A stretch of DNA of 64,000 nucleotides from Flavobacteriales bacterium (GTDB taxonomy: Bacteria; Bacteroidota; Bacteroidia; Flavobacteriales_F; PHOS-HE28): the NCBI GenBank assembly GCA_016703105.1, contig JADJCS010000007.1, positions 143,810-207,809 on the forward strand, given 5' to 3'. A model generated the notes under the pieces. It did no database searches. It had not been told where the DNA came from and saw nothing but the letters and a program-made list of their open reading frames with translations. Each line of letters starts with the position of its first letter. Position 1 is the stretch's first letter. Shown here piece after piece: positions 9,437-19,229 of this stretch. A program made the position numbers and the translations under genes.

Positions 9437-10849
9437 ATGAGGATCGAGCAGATCTATACCGGATGTCTGGCGCACGGCGCCTATTACATCGAGAGCAACG
9501 GCGAAGCGGTCGTGATCGATCCGTTGCGCGAGGTACAACCTTACATCGATCGTGCGACGCGCGACGGTGCGAAGATCAAATACGTGCTGGAGACACACTT
9601 CCACGCGGATTTCGTGAGCGGCCATCTGGACCTGGCGAAGAAGACCGGTGCCACGATCGTGTACGGCCCCACGGCCAAGCCCGGCTTCGAAGCGATGGTA
9701 GCCAACGACGGGCAGGAACTCAACGTGGGCAAGGCGCGCATCCGGGTGATCCATACGCCGGGTCACACATTGGAGAGCACCACCTATTTGCTCATCGATG
9801 AGAGCGGAAAAGAGAAGTGCATCTTCACCGGGGACACGCTCTTCATAGGCGATGTGGGACGCCCGGACCTGGCACAGCATGTGATCGCCGACCTCACCGA
9901 GGACAAGCTGGCGGGTATGCTCTACGACTCGTTGCGGAACAAGATCATGCCTTTGAGCGATGATCTGATCGTGTACCCGAACCACGGTGCCGGCAGCGCG
10001 TGCGGCAAGATGATGAGCAAGGAAACGCAGGATACGCTGGGCCATCAGAAGCGCACGAACTACGCACTACGGCCTGATATGACCAAGGAGGAGTTCAAGA
10101 AAGAACTGCTCACCGGCCTGATGCCGCCTCCGGGCTACTTCCCACAGAACGTACTGATGAACATCAGAGGCTACGAGTCCCTGGACACGGTAATGGAACG
10201 CGCACGTGTGGCGCACTCCCCTGAAGCGTTCGAGGCCGCGGCAGCCGCGCACGAAGCCCTCATCATCGATGCGCGTAGCGCGGGCGACTTCGCAAAGGGC
10301 TTCATTCCCGGTAGCATCAACTTCGGCTTGGATGGCAGCTTTGCGATGTGGGTGGGCGAGATGGTCCCCGACCTCAAGCAGCACATCCTGCTGGTCACCG
10401 ATCCCGGAAAGGAAGAGGAGGCCATGATCCGCCTGAGCCGCATCGGGCACGATGGGCTCGTAGGCTACTTGAAGGGCGGCTTTGAAGCCTGGAAAGCGGC
10501 CGACAAACCCGTGGATACCGTGGCACGGATCACCGCGGAGGACTTCGCCGCGCGGTATGCGCTAAAGCCGTTGGTCTTCGACGTGCGAAAGAAGAGCGAA
10601 TACGAGGCGGAACATGTCGTGGGCGCGGTGAACATCCCGCTCAATGAGTTGAACAACCACCTCGCGGAGGTCCCGAAGGACAAGCCCTTCATCCTGCACT
10701 GCGCCGGAGGCTACCGCAGCATGATCGCTGCGTCGATGCTGAAAGCACGTGGCTGGGAGAACTTCCTGGACGTAGCCGATGGATTCGCGGGGATCAAGAA
10801 CACCAGTGTACCACGCACGGCCTTCGTACAACCGACCACTCTGCTGTAA
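9437..10849 (+). CDS. persulfide dioxygenase (MBL-fold) fused to two rhodanese domains (CstB-like)
   Basis: MBL motif 'HFHADFVSGH'. Two C-terminal rhodanese domains, the second with catalytic Cys 'LHCAGGYRS'. Divergent from sqr. Start at ATG 9437 (MRIEQIYTG). Confidence 0.85.
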   Translation: MRIEQIYTGCLAHGAYYIESNGEAVVIDPLREVQPYIDRATRDGAKIKYVLETHFHADFVSGHLDLAKKTGATIVYGPTAKPGFEAMVANDGQELNVGKARIRVIHTPGHTLESTTYLLIDESGKEKCIFTGDTLFIGDVGRPDLAQHVIADLTEDKLAGMLYDSLRNKIMPLSDDLIVYPNHGAGSACGKMMSKETQDTLGHQKRTNYALRPDMTKEEFKKELLTGLMPPPGYFPQNVLMNIRGYESLDTVMERARVAHSPEAFEAAAAAHEALIIDARSAGDFAKGFIPGSINFGLDGSFAMWVGEMVPDLKQHILLVTDPGKEEEAMIRLSRIGHDGLVGYLKGGFEAWKAADKPVDTVARITAEDFAARYALKPLVFDVRKKSEYEAEHVVGAVNIPLNELNNHLAEVPKDKPFILHCAGGYRSMIAASMLKARGWENFLDVADGFAGIKNTSVPRTAFVQPTTLL

Positions 10850-10876
10850 GCGCGCTGACGTTTCGGACCTGTTTGC

Positions 10877-10905
10877 GCGAAGGGCTACCGGTGGTAGCCC
10901 TTCGC
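10877..10905 (+). terminator. perfect 13-bp stem / 3-nt loop hairpin downstream of the PDO-rhodanese gene
   Basis: GCGAAGGGCTACC-GGT-GGTAGCCCTTCGC, 28 nt after the stop codon. No U-tract. Confidence 0.3.
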
Positions 10906-10994
10906 CTTGACGGGTACGACGTTCGCCATGGTGATGATCGTCACGAAAGGGGCGGATCCTTCATCCGACCTTTGCGGTAGAAACACCACGCACA

Positions 10995-11198
10995 ATGAAG
11001 CCGAACATGGGTACCGCCGATCGCATCGTTCGCATCCTCGTCGCTGCGGTCATCGCCATCTTGTACTTCACCGGAACCGTGAGCGGTACGCTCGGGATCG
11101 TGCTTCTCGTGCTCGCAGGGGTCTTCGTGGCCACCAGCGTAGTGAGCTTCTGCCCGCTTTATGCCCCGTTCGGCATGAGCACATGCCCGAAGAAATGA
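10995..11198 (+). CDS. DUF2892 (YgaP-like) small membrane protein
   Basis: 67 aa, two TM segments, C-terminal 'CPLYAPFGMSTCP' as in DUF2892 proteins that accompany rhodaneses. Confidence 0.6.
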   Translation: MKPNMGTADRIVRILVAAVIAILYFTGTVSGTLGIVLLVLAGVFVATSVVSFCPLYAPFGMSTCPKK

Positions 11199-11428
11199 AG
11201 CGCACGTTGCTACTTACCGGTGTCGGCATCGTTCTCGGTGCGGTCGCTGGCTGGTTCTACTGGAGCCAGTTCGGCTGCACCACGGGCTGTTCCATCACCT
11301 CCAGCCCGGTGAACAGCACTTTGTACGGCGCGTTCATGGGGGGCTTGTTCCTCAACTCGTTCACGAAGCCGGCCAAGAGCCCTTCACCACCAGAGGGGAA
11401 CAACTGCGGCACGAATTCCACCCCCTGA
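11195..11428 (+). CDS. small membrane protein with CxxGC motif (DUF6132-like)
   Basis: ATGA start/stop overlap with the upstream gene. One TM helix followed by 'GCTTGCSITSSPVNSTLYGA'. Confidence 0.45.
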   Translation: MKRTLLLTGVGIVLGAVAGWFYWSQFGCTTGCSITSSPVNSTLYGAFMGGLFLNSFTKPAKSPSPPEGNNCGTNSTP

Positions 11429-11431
11429 CCG

Positions 11432-11740
11432 ATGCTACGCTCGCTCTTCGGGATCGGTCCCAAGGTGGACTTGAAGCAGGTGCTTGCTCAAGGCGCTGTC
11501 ATCCTGGACGTACGTACACCCGAGGAATTCGCGCAGGGGCATGTGCAGGGCTCCATCAATATACCGCTGGACGTCCTTACCCAGAACCTGCACCAATTGG
11601 ACAAGGACAAACCGGTGATCACGTGTTGTCGCAGCGGCATGCGGAGCGGGCAGGCGGTACATGTGCTACAGGACCACGGTTTCACCGTACACAATGGAGG
11701 GCCTTGGACCGAGGTCGATCAACTGGTCAAGCAACGATGA
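11432..11740 (+). CDS. single-domain rhodanese-like sulfurtransferase (paralogue of 2673..2972)
   Basis: 'ITCCRSGMRS' loop. Very similar along its whole length to the 2673 gene (MxxxLFGIGPKVDL..., ...NGGPWT...). Confidence 0.85.
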   Translation: MLRSLFGIGPKVDLKQVLAQGAVILDVRTPEEFAQGHVQGSINIPLDVLTQNLHQLDKDKPVITCCRSGMRSGQAVHVLQDHGFTVHNGGPWTEVDQLVKQR

Positions 11741-11985
11741 GAGCACGCCTATTGACCGACTGGCATGCGATGCGCTGGATGCGGCTCGCCTTCGCCATTG
11801 TCTTCCTGTTCGCCGGCATCGCCCAACACGAGCCGGTGGCCTACGCTGCCGCCGCCTTCTTTGGGTTCCAGGCACTTTTTAACGTAGGCTGTTGCGGTGC
11901 CGCCTGCGCGCCACCGCGCAACAAGGTCGAGCAAGGCACGAGCCGCCCTGCGACAGCGGACGTCAGTTATGAAGAGATCAAATGA
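11737..11985 (+). CDS. small hypothetical membrane protein
   Basis: ATGA overlap with the rhodanese stop; hydrophobic core; Cys-rich 'GCCGAACA'. Weak call. Confidence 0.35.
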   Translation: MRARLLTDWHAMRWMRLAFAIVFLFAGIAQHEPVAYAAAAFFGFQALFNVGCCGAACAPPRNKVEQGTSRPATADVSYEEIK

Positions 11986-12296
11986 CCATGGAGACCAAGA
12001 GCCCTTCCTTTAGCACGCTCATCAACGGTGAAAAGCCGGTGGTGGTGGATTTCTACGCCGAATGGTGCGGCCCATGCAAAATGATGAAGCCGATCCTGGA
12101 TCAGTTCAAAGGGATGGTGGGCGATCGCGCCACCGTGATCAAGGTGGATGTGGACAAGAACCCGGCAGCGGCGCAGGCCTATGGCGTGCGGGGCGTGCCC
12201 ACCCTGGCCATCTTCAAAAAGGGGGAGATCGTCTGGCGGAAGTCCGGCGTGGTGAGCGCCGCCCAACTAGAGGGCGTCCTTCAGCCCTTTCTCTGA
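11982..12296 (+). CDS. trxA: thioredoxin
   Basis: WCGPC active site; 104 aa; Trx fold spacing. Confidence 0.9.
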   Translation: MTMETKSPSFSTLINGEKPVVVDFYAEWCGPCKMMKPILDQFKGMVGDRATVIKVDVDKNPAAAQAYGVRGVPTLAIFKKGEIVWRKSGVVSAAQLEGVLQPFL

Positions 12297-12911
12297 GGCC
12301 GGTTTCCAGTCGGCGGAAAGGTGTACTTCGAGGGAGCCCCGCGAAACGGTGACACGTCCCACTTGCTGAAGTTGATGCAACAGCCGGGTGATCACCTCAC
12401 GCGGTGAGTTGAGTTCTTGCGCGATATCCTGGTGGGTGACCTTCAGGATGTGGTTGCCGGTGGCCTGTACGCGCTTCACCAGGTAGTTCCAGAGCTGTTC
12501 ATCGAGCTTTCGGAAGGCCACCACCTCGATGGTCTCCAACAGTTCGCCGAAGCGCTGGGCCTGCGTGTCGCTCACATACCGTCGCCATTCTGGGTATACC
12601 ATCCATTCCTCCATGTACCGCGCGGGTATCATCAGCAACTCGGCATCCTCCTCCACCACGGCCATCACACTGCTGATGCGTTTCGAAACACAACATGTGA
12701 GGGACATGGCACAGGATTCGCCCGGCAGAATGTGGTAGAGGAAGCGCTCCCGCCCTTCGGGGTCCTGGGCCAGGATGCGCAGGCTGCCCTTCTGTACGAT
12801 CGGGATGTGCGTGATGGGGTCACCGGCGCGCATCAACTCGGCACCCGCCGGTAGGGAACGATGCACCACCACGCTCTCGAACTCGCGCTGCAACTTGGGG
12901 TCGGTGAACAT
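12267..12911 (-). CDS. Crp/Fnr-family transcriptional regulator
   Basis: N-terminal cNMP-binding-like beta-roll, C-terminal HTH 'ITHQDIAQELNSPREVITRLL'. Confidence 0.8.
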   Translation of the reverse strand: MFTDPKLQREFESVVVHRSLPAGAELMRAGDPITHIPIVQKGSLRILAQDPEGRERFLYHILPGESCAMSLTCCVSKRISSVMAVVEEDAELLMIPARYMEEWMVYPEWRRYVSDTQAQRFGELLETIEVVAFRKLDEQLWNYLVKRVQATGNHILKVTHQDIAQELNSPREVITRLLHQLQQVGRVTVSRGSLEVHLSADWKPASEKGLKDAL

Positions 12912-12939
12912 GCGTGCAAAGTAGCACGCCCACCCTCAC

Positions 12940-13401
12940 CTAGCGTGCGTCGGGCACCACCTTGCCGCCGGGTCTGGACACCTTGGACGCATCGTAGTGG
13001 AAGAACATATTCGCCCAAATGATCTTGCTGAGCGCATAGAACCAAGGGGCGATAAGCAAAAGGGGGATCCCGACGGCCAGCATCTGTCCGGCCATGCCAA
13101 GCCCCGGGAAAAGCACGCTGACGGCCACCCACACGGTGGCGAACTCGGCCACGCCCAAGGCGTAGGACACATACATCGCTCCGGTGTAGAAGCCGATCTC
13201 CTTGTCGAACTTCGTTCCGCACACGTTGCAATGGCTGTGCAGGTCGCCTACCCTGGCCAGGTCATAGGGATGCGACACGAAGAACTCGCCTTCATGGCAT
13301 ACTGGGCACTTGAAGGTGAAGATGCTGTACAACTTGGTCCCCTTCCACCGCATACCACAAAGTGACGGAACCTTGTTCAGCCGTTCGGTGAGGATCATCA
13401 C
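12940..13401 (-). CDS. DUF983-like membrane protein with CxxC...CxxC
   Basis: 'CPVCHEG' ... 'CNVCG' zinc-ribbon-like pair followed by two TM helices. Confidence 0.5.
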   Translation of the reverse strand: MMILTERLNKVPSLCGMRWKGTKLYSIFTFKCPVCHEGEFFVSHPYDLARVGDLHSHCNVCGTKFDKEIGFYTGAMYVSYALGVAEFATVWVAVSVLFPGLGMAGQMLAVGIPLLLIAPWFYALSKIIWANMFFHYDASKVSRPGGKVVPDAR

Positions 13402-13426
13402 CCTGGAGGTTTGAACGGCGGTTACC

Positions 13427-14821
13427 TCAGCCTTCGCTGCACATCTTCGCCGGGTCCACCCACTTGTCGAAATCCTCGGCGGTGACGTGGCCGAGCGCCA
13501 GCGCTGCGGCCTTGAGCGTGGTGCCTTCCTTGTGCGCCTTCTTGGCGATCTCGGCCGCCTTGTAGTAGCCGATGTGCGGGTTGAGGCTGGTCACAAGCAT
13601 CAATGAGTTCTCGAGGTGACGCTTGATCACCTCCTTGTTCGGCTCGATGCCTTCCGCACAGCGGTCGTTGAAGCTCACGCAGGCATCACCGAGCAGGCGC
13701 GCGCTCTGTAGCACGTTGGCGGCGATCAGCGGCTTGAAGACGTTCAACTCGAAGTGGCCCTGCATCCCACCGATGCTCACGGCCACATCATTGCCGATCA
13801 CTTGCGCGCAGACCATGGTGAGCGCTTCCGGCTGCGTGGGGTTCACCTTGCCGGGCATGATGGAGGAACCGGGTTCGTTATCGGGGATCACCAGTTCACC
13901 GATGCCGCTGCGTGGGCCGCTGCTGAGGATGCGTATGTCGTTGGCGATCTTCATAAGGGATACGGCGAGGCGCTTCAGCGCACCGCTCAGTTCCACCATC
14001 GCATCGTGCGCGGCGAGTGATTCGAACTTGTTCGGCGCGGTGATGAAGGGTAGGCCGGTCAGCTCGGCGATCTTCTTCGCCACCAGCACGCTGTAGCCCT
14101 TCGGAGCGTTGAGGCCCGTGCCCACGGCGGTGCCGCCGAGCGCCAGTTCCCGCACCATCTCCAGGGCGTTGTTCACCGCGCGGATGCCGTTGTCCAGTTG
14201 CTGCACGTAGCCGCTGAACTCCTGGCCGAGGGTGAGCGGCGTGGCGTCCATGAAGTGCGTGCGGCCGGTCTTCACGATGCTGGCGAAATCCTTCGCCTTC
14301 TTGTCCAGTGTGTCGCGCAGTTTCTTCACTCCCGGCAGTGTGACCTCCGCGGTCAGTTTGTAGGCCGCGATGTGCATCGCGGTGGGATAGGTATCGTTGC
14401 TGCTCTGGCTCTTGTTGACGTCGTCGTTCGGGTTGAGCACCTTCTGCTCATCGGCGAGTTTGCCACCGTTCACCACGTGCGCGCGGTAGGCGATCACCTC
14501 GTTCACGTTCATGTTGCTCTGCGTGCCGCTGCCGGTCTGCCAGATCACCAAGGGGAACTGGTCATCGAGCGCCCCGGTGAGGATCTCGTCACACACCTTG
14601 CCGATCAGGTCGCTCTTCTCCTGTGGCAACTTGCCGAGCTCCACGTTCGTGAGCGCTGCGGCCTTCTTCAGGTAGGCGAAGGCATGTACGATCTCGCGCG
14701 GCATGCTGCCCGGCGGGCCGATCTTGAAGTTGTTGCGGCTGCGCTCGGTCTGCGCGCCCCAGTACTTGTCGGCGGGGACCTTCACCTCGCCCATCGTGTC
14801 CTTTTCGATCCGGTATTCCAT
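13427..14821 (-). CDS. fumC: fumarate hydratase, class II
   Basis: '[13 protein letters not shown]' signature; 464 aa; full-length similarity to FumC. Confidence 0.95.
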   Translation of the reverse strand: MEYRIEKDTMGEVKVPADKYWGAQTERSRNNFKIGPPGSMPREIVHAFAYLKKAAALTNVELGKLPQEKSDLIGKVCDEILTGALDDQFPLVIWQTGSGTQSNMNVNEVIAYRAHVVNGGKLADEQKVLNPNDDVNKSQSSNDTYPTAMHIAAYKLTAEVTLPGVKKLRDTLDKKAKDFASIVKTGRTHFMDATPLTLGQEFSGYVQQLDNGIRAVNNALEMVRELALGGTAVGTGLNAPKGYSVLVAKKIAELTGLPFITAPNKFESLAAHDAMVELSGALKRLAVSLMKIANDIRILSSGPRSGIGELVIPDNEPGSSIMPGKVNPTQPEALTMVCAQVIGNDVAVSIGGMQGHFELNVFKPLIAANVLQSARLLGDACVSFNDRCAEGIEPNKEVIKRHLENSLMLVTSLNPHIGYYKAAEIAKKAHKEGTTLKAAALALGHVTAEDFDKWVDPAKMCSEG

Positions 14822-14908
14822 GAACTCAGTTGTCAGTTGTTCGTTGCCAGTTGTCCGTCATGGTGGTCGGCGCCCCGACAACTACCATCTGACAACCGAC
14901 AACCATCA

Positions 14909-16006
14909 TCACACCTTCTGTGATTGCCCCTGCTGCATCAGAAATGCTTTCAGGAACTCATCGATGTATCCGTTCAGCACATCGTCCACGCTGCTGGTCT
15001 CGTGTTCGGTGCGCACATCCTTCACTAGCTTGTAGGGCTGTAGCACATAATTGCGGATCTGGCTGCCCCACTCGATCTTCTTCTTGCCCGCCTCGATCTC
15101 GCTGCGCTTGCTGCGGCGCCGTTCCAGTTCGGCCTCGTAGAGCTGGCTCTTCAGCAGTTGCAGGGCCTTGGTCTTGTTGTCCAGCTGGCTGCGGGTCTCG
15201 GTGTTCTCGATCACGATGCCTGTGGGCGCGTGGCGCAGGCGCACGCCGGTCTCCACCTTGTTCACGTTCTGTCCACCGGCACCGCCGCTGCGGAAGGTAT
15301 CCCAGGTGATGTCCGCCGGATTGATGTCGATGTCGATGGTCTCGTCCACCAGCGGGAACACGTACACGCTCACGAAACTCGTATGGCGCCGCGCATTGCT
15401 GTCGAACGGACTGATGCGCACCAAGCGATGCACGCCGTTCTCCCCTTTCAGCATGCCGAAGGCGAACTCGCCGTCCACCTCCATGGTGGCCTGCTTGATG
15501 CCCGCTGCGTCACCATCCTGGTAATCAAGGATCCGCGTCTTGTAGCCGTTCTTCTCCGCCCACATGCGGTACATGCGCAGGAGCATCAAGGCCCAATCGT
15601 TGCTCTCGGTGCCCCCGGCGCCGCTGGTGATCTGCACCACGGCGCTCAGCGGGTCCTCCTCCGCGCTGAGCATGTTCTTGAACTCGAGTTCTTCCAACGC
15701 TTCGCTGGCCTTCTTGAACTGGGCGTCGAGTTCTTCCTCGGGCACATCTTTGCTCTTGAAGAAGTCGTAGGTCACCTCCAGGTCGTCCACTTCGCGCTTC
15801 ACGCCTTCGAAGAGCTCCACCCAACGTTTGATCTCGCGGATCTTCTGCATCACTCCGCGGGCCTTCTTCTGGTCGTTCCAGAAGTCGGGGTCCTGGGTGT
15901 ACTTCTCCTCCTCCAGGATCCGCCCGCGCTTCTCCTCGACGTCCAGAAAGCCTTTGAGGGCTTCGAGGCGTTCCTTCAATCCGGTGATCTTGTCGATGGT
16001 GACCAT
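14909..16006 (-). CDS. prfB: peptide chain release factor 2 (single uninterrupted frame)
   Basis: GGQ motif '[10 protein letters not shown]' and SPF motif 'RISPFDS'. 365 aa with no +1 programmed frameshift. Confidence 0.9.
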   Translation of the reverse strand: MVTIDKITGLKERLEALKGFLDVEEKRGRILEEEKYTQDPDFWNDQKKARGVMQKIREIKRWVELFEGVKREVDDLEVTYDFFKSKDVPEEELDAQFKKASEALEELEFKNMLSAEEDPLSAVVQITSGAGGTESNDWALMLLRMYRMWAEKNGYKTRILDYQDGDAAGIKQATMEVDGEFAFGMLKGENGVHRLVRISPFDSNARRHTSFVSVYVFPLVDETIDIDINPADITWDTFRSGGAGGQNVNKVETGVRLRHAPTGIVIENTETRSQLDNKTKALQLLKSQLYEAELERRRSKRSEIEAGKKKIEWGSQIRNYVLQPYKLVKDVRTEHETSSVDDVLNGYIDEFLKAFLMQQGQSQKV

Positions 16007-16091
16007 GGGCGCCAGCGCTGGCTGGGGGGCTTTGAGCGCACTGCTTTGGGCAGGCAGGCGGCAAAAGTAAGCGGGGCGCGGTGTTGGGGGA

Positions 16092-16553
16092 TCAGTCCTC
16101 CTCCCGCCCCATCGCCGCCCGCACCAGATCGGGTTCGAAGCCGCGGCCGATCAGGTAGCGCAACGCGCGCATGCCGCGCAGTGGTTCGGGCACGCTGCTC
16201 AGTTTCTGCATTTGCTTCCGCAGCAAATTCACGAGCATCGTCCGGTACTCGCCCACATCAATGGCCTGCAAGCCGAATCGGATGCACGGCGCCGAAACGC
16301 GCTTCTGCTGCAAAGCCTGCTGGATCTTCCGTCGCCCCCAGCCCTTCTGCCGGAACTTGCTCACGGCGAAATGCTCCGCGAAGCGCTTCTCATCCAGGTA
16401 GCGCTCGGCGATCAAGCGTGCGATGATGGGCTCGACCTCGCCCTTATGCGCACCCCATCCGTACAGCTTATCGCGCACCTCCTGCTGGCAGCGCTCCTGC
16501 CGGGCGCAATAGGCACGGGCTTTTGAAAGTGCTTCAGGAACGGGAGCGGCCAT
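16092..16553 (-). CDS. recX: recombination regulator RecX
   Basis: ~150 aa, three-helical-repeat pattern, similarity to RecX. Confidence 0.75.
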   Translation of the reverse strand: MAAPVPEALSKARAYCARQERCQQEVRDKLYGWGAHKGEVEPIIARLIAERYLDEKRFAEHFAVSKFRQKGWGRRKIQQALQQKRVSAPCIRFGLQAIDVGEYRTMLVNLLRKQMQKLSSVPEPLRGMRALRYLIGRGFEPDLVRAAMGREED

Positions 16554-16587
16554 GGGACGAAGATCGTCACCGTGTCCGGTCTCCTAC

Positions 16588-19044
16588 TCACCGCTTCACC
16601 ACATGCGCCGTCCAGAGATCGGTGGTGGTGCGCACTTGCACAGCATACACACCGGCGTGCCAACCGTCCGTATCCAGCGTCAGCGCTGGACCGTTCATAG
16701 TCGCCTGATATATCATGCGCCCGGCCGCATCGAGCACACGCACGTCGGCATCCTCGACCGAGAAGGCGAGACGTAATTGCAGAAGGTCATCCACGGGATT
16801 GGGGGCCAGCCACAGTTCGCCTGCATCCTTGCCTTCCACGGCGGTCTGCACTTCCACGGCGAACACACTGGGCGGTGTGATCACCGGCGCATTGAAGTCG
16901 AAGTAGATGTTGGCGATGTTGGTCACCGTCTCCCCAGGAAGCAGCCCGGTCACCGGAGCGATCCGGAATTTCGCATACCCGTGGCTGCCCGGCTCGTCGC
17001 TGGTACTGTCCGGCAGCATGATGTCTTCGAACACGATGTTCAGCACGCCATCATCCAGGTACCAGGAGCAGGAATGTGAGCTGCCGATGAAGTGCAGGCT
17101 ATCCTGCACAAGACCGGGTGGCAGTGTATCGGTGATCACCACGCGCTCGGCCAGGTAGGTGCCCGTGTTCTGGAAGCGGATGGTATAGGTGAGCGGCGTG
17201 CCGGCCAGGAGCTCGGGCACATCCATGGTGGGCGGGTCCACCAGCTTGTCGTTGGGGTCGTAGCTGCCGAACACCACGAACGGGAGCTGGGCCGCATTGT
17301 CCGCAGGTGTTGGGTCGGAGCCGGGGATGGTCGCGGCCGCGGCATGCAGGCCCGGTGTACCGATCGGCGTGTTCGCCGGCACATACAAATGCACTTGCAC
17401 CTGCACGCTGCTGCCGGGCAATAGGTTGGTGAACGACCAACTCAACGTGTTGCCCACGATGCTGGCGGGCACCGTGCTGGCGGATGTGTAGGTGAACGCC
17501 GGTTCGTACGTCAACTCCAGGGTGGCATCCGTGGGCGAGGTGCCTTGATGCGTGAGCGTACACCAGACCGTATGAGGAAAGCCAGGACGGGCGAGGTTCG
17601 AGGTAAGATCCACGCGCACATCCGTGGTCCCCGGGATCGGTGCGTAGCCGATATCGATCAGGCTATCCACTTGCAGCGGTGTACTGATGGTGATCGCGTA
17701 GGGCGCCGTGGTGTGGTTGTAATAGAGCACGTTCGTGCCGTCCACCACAAACGCACCTGTATCGAGTGCCAGCATGTAACGGCCGTCATTGTCCGCTCCG
17801 GCAAGGTGCGTGCCCGGAGTTCCGATCACCTGGGCGAGGGGGAATGGCGGCTCACCCGGATCGCGCGTACCGTTCGCATTGTCGTCCCGGAAGACATGGC
17901 CCGTCACGCCCTCGGTGGTGGGACAGTCCGGGGTATTGATCAAGTTGCAGATCGGGAAGTCATCCGCATTGGAAGCGGCGTTCAAATTGGGCGGCAGGTT
18001 CGGGATGCAGGTGGTAGTGGCGGACACCTTCCACTCCGTGACCGAGGATGGCACATAAGGGTAGCAGTCGAAAAGCGTGTTCTCGGTGTTGAGGTAGGTG
18101 AGCGAGGACGGCAGCGGCGGCAACTGCGGCACATTGTTCATGTAGGTGGCCTGAAGCCGCTCCAATCCCGCTGGCAATGCAGGGATCGAGGTGACGTTCG
18201 CCAGGTTGTTCAGCAGCAGTTCGCGCAAGGTGCTGGGCAATGGAGGTATGATGGATCCCAAGGTGGCCCCTCCGTATTCCAGCACCTCCAGTGTCGGCGG
18301 CAGCGCGGGAAGGTCCGGCAGCAGGGGCACCACGGTGGTCACATGCAGTTCCTTCAGCCCGGCGGGTAGCGGACCCAGCACCGCGAGATGCAAGTTGCTT
18401 CCGCAGCTCAAGTAGATCAGACTGTCCGGCAGCACGGGCAGGGCCGGAATGTCCGTTTGCGACACGTTCATGTGGCGCAGTTCGTTCGGTAGCGCCGGCA
18501 ACGATGTCACCGCCTGGTTGCGTTGCACATCCAGATGGCGTAGCGTGGATGGAAGAGCCGGCAATGTGTCGAGGTAATGTCCGTACAGATCCAGGTATTC
18601 CAGATAGGGCGGCAGCGTATCGATCACATCAATGGACTGCAGGCCTGCCGTTGGGTTCCAATACCAATCGTTGCGGATGCTCGGCTCGCGCAGGGAATCG
18701 GGCCAGTGGTCCACGTAGCGGATGCGTGTCTCCGAAAAATCCAGGTGAATGGTGCGCAAGGTGTTCGGCAGATCGGTGAGGGTGTCCTCATAGCCGTAGT
18801 TCAGGCCCAGCACCTCCAGGTTCACGAAGAAGCGGATGCCATCGATGCTGTAGCTCCCGTTGGCATCCAGCACGGTAAGGGCGATCACATCGGGGTGCAG
18901 CGTGTCCAGCACGTTCCCGCTTATGGCGTTCGGCACCGCGTCCAGTAGTTTGTCCAGGAAGTCAGGATCATTGATCACGTACTGCGCCTTGCCACTGAGG
19001 GGCATAAGACCAATAGCGAGGACGAAGGCCGCGAAGTATCTCAT
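16588..19044 (-). CDS. leucine-rich-repeat secreted protein with T9SS C-terminal domain
   Basis: Signal peptide (start trimmed to MRYFAAFVLAIGL). Multiple ~22-aa 'LPxLPxxLxxLxv' LRR units. C-terminal T9SS CTD-like beta domain. Confidence 0.7.
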   Translation of the reverse strand: MRYFAAFVLAIGLMPLSGKAQYVINDPDFLDKLLDAVPNAISGNVLDTLHPDVIALTVLDANGSYSIDGIRFFVNLEVLGLNYGYEDTLTDLPNTLRTIHLDFSETRIRYVDHWPDSLREPSIRNDWYWNPTAGLQSIDVIDTLPPYLEYLDLYGHYLDTLPALPSTLRHLDVQRNQAVTSLPALPNELRHMNVSQTDIPALPVLPDSLIYLSCGSNLHLAVLGPLPAGLKELHVTTVVPLLPDLPALPPTLEVLEYGGATLGSIIPPLPSTLRELLLNNLANVTSIPALPAGLERLQATYMNNVPQLPPLPSSLTYLNTENTLFDCYPYVPSSVTEWKVSATTTCIPNLPPNLNAASNADDFPICNLINTPDCPTTEGVTGHVFRDDNANGTRDPGEPPFPLAQVIGTPGTHLAGADNDGRYMLALDTGAFVVDGTNVLYYNHTTAPYAITISTPLQVDSLIDIGYAPIPGTTDVRVDLTSNLARPGFPHTVWCTLTHQGTSPTDATLELTYEPAFTYTSASTVPASIVGNTLSWSFTNLLPGSSVQVQVHLYVPANTPIGTPGLHAAAATIPGSDPTPADNAAQLPFVVFGSYDPNDKLVDPPTMDVPELLAGTPLTYTIRFQNTGTYLAERVVITDTLPPGLVQDSLHFIGSSHSCSWYLDDGVLNIVFEDIMLPDSTSDEPGSHGYAKFRIAPVTGLLPGETVTNIANIYFDFNAPVITPPSVFAVEVQTAVEGKDAGELWLAPNPVDDLLQLRLAFSVEDADVRVLDAAGRMIYQATMNGPALTLDTDGWHAGVYAVQVRTTTDLWTAHVVKR

Positions 19045-19229
19045 GCTGGTGCTTGTTCGACCAATGGACGGAACAAAAGGTATTGCGTTGCCTCCGTGAA
19101 GCTTGCGGCGAAGGCGAGCAGCATTCCGGAGGATCCTCAAGGGCCCGACCGCGCCGACACATAGCGGCAATAGCGGGAATACCATCTCGCAATACAGCCT
19201 TGGACGAAGGCGGCGTGGACTGAAGGTGG

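Noticed and set aside
14909-16006. Expected programmed +1 frameshift site in prfB
   Set aside because: No in-frame stop in the first 40 codons. The gene is contiguous, so the absence is recorded as a finding, not a feature.
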